Below the pieces are notes generated by a model. It did not search any database. It was not told where the DNA came from and was given only the letters and a program-made list of their open reading frames with translations. The position numbers and the translations under genes were made by a program. Below, in pieces: positions 30,411 through 38,999 of a DNA stretch of 64,000 bases (its first letter is position 1; each line of letters starts with the position of its first letter). The DNA comes from Bryobacterales bacterium (GTDB lineage: Bacteria > Acidobacteriota > Terriglobia > Bryobacterales > Bryobacteraceae), in assembly GCA_020852755.1 (NCBI GenBank), contig JADZAF010000099.1, positions 32,125-96,124 on the forward strand, written 5' to 3'.

Positions 30411-31877
30411 TCAGCCGTGCAGGAAGTCTTCCCGCCGCAGCCCCAGCCGCCCGATCTTGGAAGCCAGGGTGGTCGGCCTGATGCCCAGCAGCGCGGCCGC
30501 TCCGTTGGAGCCGTAGATCTTCCCCCGGGCGAGCTGCAGCGCCGCCGCGATCATCTGCTTCTCCCGTTCCTTCAGTCCGGCCAGCGTTCCGGCTTCGGCC
30601 GGCGCCTCCGCTCCCGAACGAACCGGGGCTGCCGGCGAGGAGTGGTCGGCCGCCGCGAGGTTGAGAGCGAAGGCGCCATGCGCGGCAAGGATCACCGCCC
30701 GTTCAATCACATTCTGCAGTTCCCGCACGTTCCCCGGCCAGTCGTAGCGGTTCAGCGCGTCCTTCTGCGCTCTCGTCAATACCGGGACTTTGATCCTCAG
30801 TTTCCGCGCATGCAGGCGGAGGAAGTGTTCCGCCAGCGGAAGGATGTCCTCCCGCCGCTCCCTGAGCGGCGGGATTTCCAACGGGAAGACGCTGAGCCGG
30901 TAGTACAGGTCCGTCCGGAAGCGGCCGGCCGCCGTCTCCAGGGCCAGAGGCCGGTTGGTCGCCGAGATCAGCCGGACATCCACCGTCCGGGTGCGCTCCT
31001 CACCGATCCGCTCGAACTGCCGTTCCTGAATCACACGCAGCAGTTTTCCCTGCAAATCCGGGGGAATCTCGCCGACCTCGTCCAGGAAGAGCGTGCCCCC
31101 GTGGGCCAGTTCGAAACGGCCCACCCGGTCCTTGATCGCCCCGGTGAAAGCGCCCCGCACGTGGCCGAAAAACTCGCTCTCGAACAGGTCCTTCGGTATG
31201 GCCGCGCAGTTGACGCGCACCAGCGGCTTGCCGCGCCGCGCGCTCAGCTCGTGGACCGCCCTGGCCACCAGTTCTTTCCCCGTCCCCGACTCGCCGTGGA
31301 TCAGGACGCTGGCATCGGTGCCCGCCACCATGCCGATCTGGCTCCGGATTCGGGCCAGCGCCGCGCTCGGGCCGATCAATTCCTCCAGGCCGCCGCCCGC
31401 CTGCAATTCGGTCCGCAGATACTCGTTCTCGCGCTCCAGGCTCTTCTGGCGGTCGATGCAACTGATGGCCCCCACCGTCCCGGCGATCTCCCCGGCCGCG
31501 TTGCGGTACGGGCTCGCTTCCACCCGGATCCAGGAGGTCGTCCCGTCCTTGCGGATCAGTTCGTGCTCGTAGTCCTCCTCGGATCCCGCCAGCCGCTCCT
31601 GCAGACGGCGCCGCATGCGCTCCCAGTTCTTGCGCGGGGAGAGTACCTCGTAGCTGATCCGTCCCAGCAGTTCCTCCGGCTCGTAGCCGCTGATGGCCTT
31701 CATGCGGGCGTTGGCATAGAGGATTCGACTCTCGTGGTCGGTGATCAGCACACCTTCCGCCAGGCTGTCGAGGATGGTGCGGTGGAACTCCTCCCGTTCG
31801 CGGTACAGGACAGCCAGGTCGGCTTTGTCAGGCACGTGTGTGCCGGTCCCGATCAGGTCTTCCCCGGAGTGCTGCAT
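30411..31877 (-). CDS. sigma54-dependent Fis-family transcriptional activator with N-terminal PAS domain
   Basis: PAS region, AAA+ sigma54-interaction motifs (GESGTGKE, GAFTGA, ESELFGH), and a C-terminal Fis-type HTH. Confidence 0.85.
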   Translation of the reverse strand: MQHSGEDLIGTGTHVPDKADLAVLYREREEFHRTILDSLAEGVLITDHESRILYANARMKAISGYEPEELLGRISYEVLSPRKNWERMRRRLQERLAGSEEDYEHELIRKDGTTSWIRVEASPYRNAAGEIAGTVGAISCIDRQKSLERENEYLRTELQAGGGLEELIGPSAALARIRSQIGMVAGTDASVLIHGESGTGKELVARAVHELSARRGKPLVRVNCAAIPKDLFESEFFGHVRGAFTGAIKDRVGRFELAHGGTLFLDEVGEIPPDLQGKLLRVIQERQFERIGEERTRTVDVRLISATNRPLALETAAGRFRTDLYYRLSVFPLEIPPLRERREDILPLAEHFLRLHARKLRIKVPVLTRAQKDALNRYDWPGNVRELQNVIERAVILAAHGAFALNLAAADHSSPAAPVRSGAEAPAEAGTLAGLKEREKQMIAAALQLARGKIYGSNGAAALLGIRPTTLASKIGRLGLRREDFLHG

Positions 31878-31889
31878 GCCCCTATCATA

Positions 31890-31947
31890 ACAACTGGAAT
31901 TCGTTGAAAACAACGGAAACAGAGATATAACAACCGAAAAGAGTTGT
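31890..31947 (+). promoter_or_regulatory. two dyad sites ACAAC-N8-GTTG(T), candidate activator binding sites (UAS)
   Basis: ACAACtggaattcGTTG at about 31890-31906 and ACAACcgaaaagaGTTGT at about 31930-31947. Their centres are about 40 bp apart and they lie 45-100 bp upstream of the -24 element. Confidence 0.4.
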
Positions 31948-31989
31948 CGCATTAGTAGAAATTCCTTTTGTGTTCAATGATTTGTGATT

Positions 31990-32004
31990 TGGCTCCCCAC
32001 TTGC
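31990..32004 (+). promoter_or_regulatory. sigma54 (-24/-12) promoter candidate TTGGCTC-N5-TTGC upstream of pirin-yceI
   Basis: GG at 31991-31992 and GC at 32003-32004, exactly 10 nt apart. SD GGAGAG and the ATG at 32031 follow at the appropriate distance. A divergent sigma54 activator is adjacent. Confidence 0.5.
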
Positions 32005-32030
32005 CCTTACAGAAGCCGGAGAGACAGCCA

Positions 32031-32753
32031 ATGATCACGGTTCGCAAAGCGGAAGACAGAGGCCACGCCGACCATGGCTGGCTGGACACCCGGCACACCT
32101 TTTCCTTCGCGGACTATTGGGACCCGGACCACGTCCGCTTCGGCGCGCTGCGGGTCATCAACGAGGATCGCGTCAGCGGAGGACAGGGCTTCGGGATGCA
32201 CCCCCATCGCGACATGGAGATCCTCTCGTATGTCGTTTCCGGAGTCCTGGAGCACCGGGACAGCATGGGAAACCGCGCGCGGATGAAGGCCGGCGAGGTC
32301 CAGCGCATCAGCGCCGGAACCGGCATCCTGCACAGTGAATACAACCCGTCCCCGGTGGAGCCGGTGCACTTCCTGCAGATCTGGATCACGCCGGACCGCC
32401 GCGGAGTCGAGCCCCGCTACACCGAGAAGTCGTTCCGCGAAATGGAGACCGGCCGCTTGGTGCTGGCCGCCTCCAAAACGGGCCGCGAAGACTCCATCCC
32501 GATTCACCAGGACGCTGACGTCTTCATCGCCCGTCTGCCGGCGGGCGGAGAACTCGAACACCGCTTCGCCCCCCGGCGCACCGGATGGGTGCAACTGATC
32601 GCCGGCAGCCTGTCGTGCAACGGCGTGTCCCTGAAGCCCGGTGATGGCGCCGCCATCACTGGGGAAGAACGCATCAGCCTCCGGGCCGCACAGGATTCCC
32701 ACTGGCTGCTCTTCGACCTCAACCAAATCGACGCAACCGAAAGGAGAAACTGA
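32031..32753 (+). CDS. pirin family protein
   Basis: Cupin motifs HPHRDMEILSYVVSG...H. Confidence 0.85.
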   Translation: MITVRKAEDRGHADHGWLDTRHTFSFADYWDPDHVRFGALRVINEDRVSGGQGFGMHPHRDMEILSYVVSGVLEHRDSMGNRARMKAGEVQRISAGTGILHSEYNPSPVEPVHFLQIWITPDRRGVEPRYTEKSFREMETGRLVLAASKTGREDSIPIHQDADVFIARLPAGGELEHRFAPRRTGWVQLIAGSLSCNGVSLKPGDGAAITGEERISLRAAQDSHWLLFDLNQIDATERRN

Positions 32754-32755
32754 CT

Positions 32756-33313
32756 GTGAGTCAATCCCAGGCCGCGGGTTCCGCCCCCGTCACCTATACC
32801 ATCGATCCGGCGCATTCGAGCGCCCACTTCAAGGTCCGCCATATGATGATTTCCAACGTGCGCGGAGAGTTCGGCAAGGTAGCCGGCAGCGTGCACTTCG
32901 ACGCCGCCCGCCCGGAACAATCGCGGGTCTCGGCGGAAATCGACGTGAGTTCGATCAATACACGCGAGCCGCAGCGTGACGCGCACCTGAAGAGCGCGGA
33001 TTTCCTCGACGCGGAGAATTACCCGTCCATTCGCTTTGAGTCCAGGAAGGTCGAGCCGGCCGGACCGGCCGCCTACCGGGTTGCCGGCGACCTGACCATC
33101 CGCGGCGTCTCGCGGGAAGTGGTGTTGACGGTCAACGGCCCGACGCCCGAGAGCAGGGATCCCTGGGGCGCCATGCGCAGCGGCGCCGAAGCGACTGCGC
33201 GGATCAGCCGCAAGGACTTCGGTCTTACTTGGAACCAGGTGCTCGAAACCGGCGGAGTCCTGGTCGGCGACGAAGTCGACATCAACATCGACGTCGAACT
33301 GGTGAAAGCCTGA
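32756..33313 (+). CDS. YceI family protein
   Basis: YTIDPAHSSAHFKVRHMMISNVRGEF... is the YceI-like lipid/polyisoprenoid-binding fold. Confidence 0.85.
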   Translation: MSQSQAAGSAPVTYTIDPAHSSAHFKVRHMMISNVRGEFGKVAGSVHFDAARPEQSRVSAEIDVSSINTREPQRDAHLKSADFLDAENYPSIRFESRKVEPAGPAAYRVAGDLTIRGVSREVVLTVNGPTPESRDPWGAMRSGAEATARISRKDFGLTWNQVLETGGVLVGDEVDINIDVELVKA

Positions 33314-33385
33314 CGGCAGCGCTCCTGCCCCACGCCGCCGCTGGCGTCGGTCGCGTCCGCCGCGGGCTGATCCCGGGCGGCCGGT

Positions 33386-36300
33386 CTACCCGTTTTCCCC
33401 CGCGGTTCGGGCGATCTGAAGGAGATAAAAGCGCAGCATATCCTGCTGCCGTCCGGAGAGGGCCTGCTCCTCGATCCGGATAATCTGCTTCACTTCCTTC
33501 ATCGCCCGGACCACGCTGGTGGGAAGCTCCACCGAGCCCCGGGGCATTGACGACAGGTATTCGAAAGCCGCCCGCAGAAAGTGCTGCAGCGAATCCTCGG
33601 CCGGCCCGCTCAGGAACGTCGCCACCTCGCGCGGCTTCTTGGAGATGCCGGAGGTGAAGGGCATCTCGGAAACCGGTGTGCGTTGAGCGATCGAGTGCAG
33701 CGCCGTGGCCAGTTCCACGAAGCTCGCCACGCGCGTGAATACCGGTTCCTGCAGCAGCTCCCAGGCCTTCTCGCGCCAGCCCCGGATCTTTTCCGGAAGC
33801 TCCAGCAGCCGTTCCACCTCCCCGCGCCAGGAGGCCGGCACCCCGCCCCCGATCTCCCGCAGCAGCGCGCCGGCGCTGGTGTTGAAGAGGTCCGGCTGCA
33901 GCAGCACCGCCAGGTCCGGCCGCAGCGCCGGCAGCAGCCGCGGGATGAAGCGATCACCTTCGAAGAACTCGGCCACTTGCACGCCGTGCCGGCGCACCAC
34001 TTCCTTTTGGAACAGCGGGATGGTGGTCCGGATGGAATCCACGTCTTCGCGCAGCAGGGTGAAGGCCGAATTGCCGGCCGGGAACGCGCGCTCCATGGCG
34101 CCCAGCCAGCGCAGCTCCACGTCGTGATAGAGCCGCAGCGAATGCAGGATCTCGTAGACCGGAAGGTGCGGCAGGATCCTGCCGGACAGCATGCCCTCGC
34201 CTTCCCCCTCCGAGGACGGGGTTCGGGCGAACGAACTCAGCGTCCGGAACAGCCCGGTGGTCAACTGGTTGATGCCCAGCAGCAGGGTCTGGGCCTGGTT
34301 GTGCCCGATGGCCCGCAGCGAGCTGCCGTGCCGCGCCAGGGGCACGGTGGCCGCGATCCGCTCCAGGATCTTGTGTCCCCGGCTGGCGGCCACTCCCGGA
34401 GCCGGCCGCACCGTCGGCCGGTCCCGCAGCGGCGGCAGCGTCCGGGCGATGAAGTACGAGATCGCGTAGATGCCCACCACGTCCTCTTCGCGGCCGTAGA
34501 GGATCCGGCGGAAGTTTTCCGCCGCGAGTTTCATGAATTCGTCGAACAGTGGGTCCTGCAATCCCACCGTCAGGCGCCCCAGCTCCTGGAGACCGCGATT
34601 GGTGAATTGGAGCCGGGTTTCCGTCAACGGCTCCGCCGCGCGGCGCAGCTCGTTGGCCGAGAATCGCTGGGCCTGCGTCAGGTGATACAGCACCTGCGCC
34701 AGTTCCTCCACGGGCAGGTGCCGCAGCCGTTCCGCCAGGTTGCTCTGGAAGGTCCGGAGGTCGCCGCTGGCGAACAGTCCCATCAGGGGCGTGGCGGCAT
34801 AGCGCGCGCTGCGCTTGGCCGAAGCTTCCACGAGCCTGCCCAGGGCGGCTTCATTCTCGGAAGTCAGGATGAAGGCGCGCCGGCCGGAGATCGGCGCCAG
34901 GTAGCCGCCCTGCCGCTGCATCGGCTCGCCGCTGCCCATCTTGATGCGCACCTGCCCCACCAGGCCGCGCTCGGCCAGCCAGCGCACGATCTCGTACTTC
35001 GCCTTTTTGAAGGCGGCCAGCCCGGCGGTCTGGCCGACCTGCTGGCTCAGATCCGAGCCGGCGATGAAGACCTCGCACACCATGTCGGAAAACCGCTCCT
35101 CGGTGCTCTCGTTCAACCGGCGGCTCTGGATGGCGTAGTCCCACAGCTTTCCCAGGTAGGCCGGCACGTTGCGCACCACTTCCAGGTCCTCATACAAAGG
35201 CACCAGCCAGATGGAAGGCAGCTCCGGGCAGCCCGAGCGCAGCGCCTGCTCGCGCTTGGCCCGGATCTTGCGGTCCAGCGAGATCAGCGCTTCGGCATCG
35301 GACGCCATGCTCACCTGCAGCGCCAGCACCATGCCGGGGTTGCCCTGCCGGCCCGAAATCTCGTTGATCTCTACAATGTTGTGCACCGTGGTGTCGATGG
35401 CGAAGGGATCCGGCGAGGTCACCAGGTTCTGATGGATGCGCGGCGTGATCACGAAGCGCCGCAGCAGGTCGCGGTAGCCCGCCGCGGCCAGGGCGAATTC
35501 ACTGTCCCGGACGTGCTTGCGCAACTCGCCCAGGTGCGCCCGCAGCGTCTTGCGCAGGGCTTTGTTCAGCGCGAAGTAGTGTTCCAGGGTCTGCCGCCGC
35601 TGCCGCCGCAGTTCCAGCATTCGCCGCTCCAGGCGGTCGTTATGCTCCCACAGCGAGACCACCGGGTCCTGCGCCAGGCGCAGCTTCATCCCCAGCCTGC
35701 GGACTACGCCCGGCCGCACGTCGTAGGGGAGCAGGCCGCGGTAGCGGCGCTCGAGCTGGTGGGTCAGATCGGTGATCGCGTCGAATAGCGCACTGAAGCG
35801 CCGGTTGGCCATCGGCAGCCGCCGCACTTCCTCCACCAGGTTCGGATCCACCGGAAGAGCCGGGTTGGCCCTCAGGAGCATGGCCAGCAGCCGCCCCAGC
35901 CGGGCGCAATTCTCCATCAGCACCGTCGCCACCAGGCGGTGCCCCTGCCCCGACGGCCGGTTGCTGCCGTCCCAATCGCCCCAGTAGGAGAGAAAGGTGG
36001 GGCACTCCGTGGCGGAGCTGAAGCGGGCGAAATCCTCTGCCGCGATCATCGCGTCCAGGTCCAGCAGCAATTCAGTGCCTTCACCCCGCGAGTCGATCGC
36101 CACGTTGAGTCCCAGAAACTCGCGCGCCAGTTCTCTCGCCAGCGGCTGCTCCAGTTCGTCCGCCGGCCGGCCCGCGGTCAGGTTGGCGACGGCGCGCTCC
36201 CAGAGCATCTCCGACTGGATCGAGTACATCTGGGTGGGGTGTACGGTGCGATCGAAAAGCCGCTGCCGGAATGAAACCTGCCGGCGCCCCAGGTCGTCCT

Positions 36301-38971
36301 TGACCAGTTCCTGGTCCAACTGCTGTTCGAGCTTCCTGCCGTCGTCCGCCCGGGCCAGGGCCAGCCACTCCTGGGCCAGTTCCAGGCGGTCCCGGAAGCG
36401 CGAACCGAAGACCTCCAGGCGGTCGTTCAGGAACTCCCCCGGAGAGGCCGCGTCCGCGCTCCACTTGGCGGGCGCGTTCAGTTCCTTCAACTCCCGCCCG
36501 ATGCGCTCCCGGCAGGACTCGGCCACCCGGCTGCTGAAGGCCGCCCACTGCCGCTCCCGCTCGGCTCGCTCCACCCCCTGGTAGAGGCGCCGGCTGGAAA
36601 CGGCCAGCCATTTCCGGTTGTAGTGGGATTCCTCTTCCGCGATCAGCCGGTTCAGATCGATCAGGACGCGGCGGGTCTTGGTTCGAAGCCGGTCCGCGCC
36701 GTCCGTGCCGCCCAGAGTCAGCCGGAACGATTTTCGCGCGGTCTCGAAGCCCTCTTCGGTACGCGCGAAGGTGGAAAGCGGGACGAGGCCGATTCCCTGG
36801 CGCGCCAGTCCCGAGGCGATCCAATCCAGCGAGATTCCCGCCGGGAGCTGCCGCAGCGTCATGCGCGGATACATGCTGCCCGCCGGGCGGGTGAGCGCGA
36901 TCCCGAAGGGATTGCGTTCCGAAGGCAGACCGGCCGCCGCCGTCTCGAGCGCGCTCATCCGCTCCTCGAAGATCGCGTTCCGCAGCCGCCAGTACGAGTT
37001 GGTGCTCTGCGCTCCCTTGCGGTAGAACAGGTAGGCCAGCAGCATCGCTCCGATGTTCGGCGCGATGGTGCTGTTGACGGCTTCAAACCGCCGGTGCAGC
37101 TCCGCGTCCCGGATCTCGATCACCGAAAGCCGGGCGCCCGCCAGGCAATCCGTCTTCGAGAGCGAATGCACCGTGACCACCCGGCCGGCCTGTTCCGCCG
37201 TGAGGTAGCCCCGGCCCGCCAGGTCGTCGGCCAGTTGCCGCAGCGTGGCGGGTCCCTGCAATTCCCTGGAAGGCGCCACGTTCTGGTAGGAAAGGTCGTC
37301 GATCACCAGCACCCCGCGCTCCAGGAAATGCCGGAGCAGGGTGCGCAGCGCCTCTTCGGAAAAGACCTGGCCGGTGGCGTTGTGCGGGTTGTTGAAGACC
37401 ACCGCTCCGTGATTGCGCCACGCGGGGTCCCCGGCCAGCCGCTGCTCGACCGCCTCGATCATCCGCTCCACGTCCAGTTCAAACTCCGGGGTAAGGGGAA
37501 CCGCGGTCACTTTCGGGAAGCAGTGTTCGTAGGTCCAGCTCAGGTCCGGAATCACCACCTCCCGGATCCCGCAGTGGAACCCGAGCAGGCTGAGACCGGT
37601 GCGCGCCGATCCGCTCACCGCCATGCAGCGGTCGAAGCGGTACTCCGGGTGATGCCGCAGGAAAGCGGCAAGGAAAGCGCCGGGCAGTTCCGCGTGCCGG
37701 GCCGGCAGCGCTTCGAGCAGTTCGAGGAACCCCAGCCCCTCGAAGGGATCGCCGATGAACGAGTCGCGCAGCGCGGGCTCCCACAGTCTCTCCGCCCGCT
37801 CCGCGGCCCGCGCGGATGCCGCATCCAGCCGCTGTTCGATCCTCTCTCCCCAGGCGCTCGAAATCCGGGCTGCCCTGGCCTGGATCGCGGCAATGGCCGC
37901 TCCGGCCGCCCGGTAGGCCCCCTCCAGAACCGCATGGTTTTCGTCGTACAGCCGTTCCTCCGCCTCCGGCCGGGTTTCCAATTTCGGCAATCCCCGCTTC
38001 AGCAGAAAGGTCAATAGTTCGACTTCGGCCGCCGAGGGAGTGCCCTTCACTTGAAAGTGCAAGGTCTCGATCATCCGGATGAATTCGTCGAAACCGGCGA
38101 TGAAGACCGTGGACAGTTCCTTGAGGCGCGGGGAGAAGATGCCCGGAGTGAGGAACCGCAGGGTGCGGTGCATCATCTTCGCTTCCCGCGCCACCGACAG
38201 GTGGTTCGGGGCGTCGTTCACCTCCACGATGAACAGCGGGTAGTCGCGGCTGATCAGCCGCAGCCTGCGCCGCGTCTCTTCCGGAAGAATCCTGCCCAGC
38301 AGCACGAAAGACGGCCGGACCCCATTGGGCGCCAGGGAGGTTTCCAGCAGCGTCGCGGCGGCGCTTTCGTTTTCGGGAAGCGGATGCAACCGGAGCGCCT
38401 CAAACTGCCTCAGGTGAGGCGGAATCCGGATCCCGTGCGTGAAGATGGTCGCCGGCAGGTGCTCCAACTGCGTCGAGAGGGCGTGAAAGAAGACCCGCAG
38501 CGCCTCGTAGATCCCGCCCGACGCCAGGATCACTTCCCGCCGCCCGGTCTTCTCGCCGAAATCGTAGGTCAGCGGCTCCGGCTGTTTCGCCAGCCACTCG
38601 CCGAACAGCCGGATCAGCTCCCCCGGCTTGTTCTTCAGGAATCCGCCCCGCGGCAGATACGGCGCGCTGTTCCGGATGAGGTTCAGCAGGAACTCGATTT
38701 TGCCCCGGTCTTCCGCCTCCCAGCCCAGCTCGGCGCTCAGAGCCTGCGCCAGGTCGCCCGTCCCCGCCTTCTCTCCCCCTTCCAGTCCCAGCGCGATTCG
38801 GGCATACAATTCCGCCAGGCGCGGGTCCTGCACCGGGTTGCCGATATGGAAGTTGACGCGCTCTTCGGGCGGCGCGGGCGAGGACGCCGTGGCTTCGCTG
38901 ATCTCCGAAACCACCGCGGCCTTCACCGGCCGCAGGGCAAAGACGTCGGGTGAACTCTCACGCATGCGCAT
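33386..38971 (-). CDS. 1861-aa multidomain protein: class-I/II PLP aminotransferase-fold domain(s) fused to a C-terminal divergent PEP-carboxylase-like domain
   Basis: Aminotransferase motifs at residues 527-534 (NNPHNATG) and 603-615 (SLSKTDCLAGARL), with VNFHIGNPVQDP near the N-terminus. C-terminal region: GRQGNP (cf. PEPC GGDRDGNP), VPLYEDLEVVRNVP (cf. VPLFETxxDLxNA), FIAGSDLSQQ (cf. MIGYSDSAKD), KMGSGEPMQRQGG (cf. FHGRGGSIGRGG), and a C-terminal ...IARTAGENG (cf. ...IAAGMRNTG). Confidence 0.65.
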   Translation of the reverse strand: MRMRESSPDVFALRPVKAAVVSEISEATASSPAPPEERVNFHIGNPVQDPRLAELYARIALGLEGGEKAGTGDLAQALSAELGWEAEDRGKIEFLLNLIRNSAPYLPRGGFLKNKPGELIRLFGEWLAKQPEPLTYDFGEKTGRREVILASGGIYEALRVFFHALSTQLEHLPATIFTHGIRIPPHLRQFEALRLHPLPENESAAATLLETSLAPNGVRPSFVLLGRILPEETRRRLRLISRDYPLFIVEVNDAPNHLSVAREAKMMHRTLRFLTPGIFSPRLKELSTVFIAGFDEFIRMIETLHFQVKGTPSAAEVELLTFLLKRGLPKLETRPEAEERLYDENHAVLEGAYRAAGAAIAAIQARAARISSAWGERIEQRLDAASARAAERAERLWEPALRDSFIGDPFEGLGFLELLEALPARHAELPGAFLAAFLRHHPEYRFDRCMAVSGSARTGLSLLGFHCGIREVVIPDLSWTYEHCFPKVTAVPLTPEFELDVERMIEAVEQRLAGDPAWRNHGAVVFNNPHNATGQVFSEEALRTLLRHFLERGVLVIDDLSYQNVAPSRELQGPATLRQLADDLAGRGYLTAEQAGRVVTVHSLSKTDCLAGARLSVIEIRDAELHRRFEAVNSTIAPNIGAMLLAYLFYRKGAQSTNSYWRLRNAIFEERMSALETAAAGLPSERNPFGIALTRPAGSMYPRMTLRQLPAGISLDWIASGLARQGIGLVPLSTFARTEEGFETARKSFRLTLGGTDGADRLRTKTRRVLIDLNRLIAEEESHYNRKWLAVSSRRLYQGVERAERERQWAAFSSRVAESCRERIGRELKELNAPAKWSADAASPGEFLNDRLEVFGSRFRDRLELAQEWLALARADDGRKLEQQLDQELVKDDLGRRQVSFRQRLFDRTVHPTQMYSIQSEMLWERAVANLTAGRPADELEQPLARELAREFLGLNVAIDSRGEGTELLLDLDAMIAAEDFARFSSATECPTFLSYWGDWDGSNRPSGQGHRLVATVLMENCARLGRLLAMLLRANPALPVDPNLVEEVRRLPMANRRFSALFDAITDLTHQLERRYRGLLPYDVRPGVVRRLGMKLRLAQDPVVSLWEHNDRLERRMLELRRQRRQTLEHYFALNKALRKTLRAHLGELRKHVRDSEFALAAAGYRDLLRRFVITPRIHQNLVTSPDPFAIDTTVHNIVEINEISGRQGNPGMVLALQVSMASDAEALISLDRKIRAKREQALRSGCPELPSIWLVPLYEDLEVVRNVPAYLGKLWDYAIQSRRLNESTEERFSDMVCEVFIAGSDLSQQVGQTAGLAAFKKAKYEIVRWLAERGLVGQVRIKMGSGEPMQRQGGYLAPISGRRAFILTSENEAALGRLVEASAKRSARYAATPLMGLFASGDLRTFQSNLAERLRHLPVEELAQVLYHLTQAQRFSANELRRAAEPLTETRLQFTNRGLQELGRLTVGLQDPLFDEFMKLAAENFRRILYGREEDVVGIYAISYFIARTLPPLRDRPTVRPAPGVAASRGHKILERIAATVPLARHGSSLRAIGHNQAQTLLLGINQLTTGLFRTLSSFARTPSSEGEGEGMLSGRILPHLPVYEILHSLRLYHDVELRWLGAMERAFPAGNSAFTLLREDVDSIRTTIPLFQKEVVRRHGVQVAEFFEGDRFIPRLLPALRPDLAVLLQPDLFNTSAGALLREIGGGVPASWRGEVERLLELPEKIRGWREKAWELLQEPVFTRVASFVELATALHSIAQRTPVSEMPFTSGISKKPREVATFLSGPAEDSLQHFLRAAFEYLSSMPRGSVELPTSVVRAMKEVKQIIRIEEQALSGRQQDMLRFYLLQIARTAGENG

Positions 38972-38999
38972 TCAATGCCGGCTGCTGGGGAAAGCGCCG

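Noticed and set aside
35440-35470. Aligning RFVITPRIHQN of the giant protein to the PEPC TAHPTE motif
   Set aside because: Its spacing to the GNP motif (about 35 aa) is incompatible with PEPC (about 110 aa). The TAHPTE equivalent therefore remains unidentified, and this is part of why the catalytic competence of the PEPC-like domain is uncertain.
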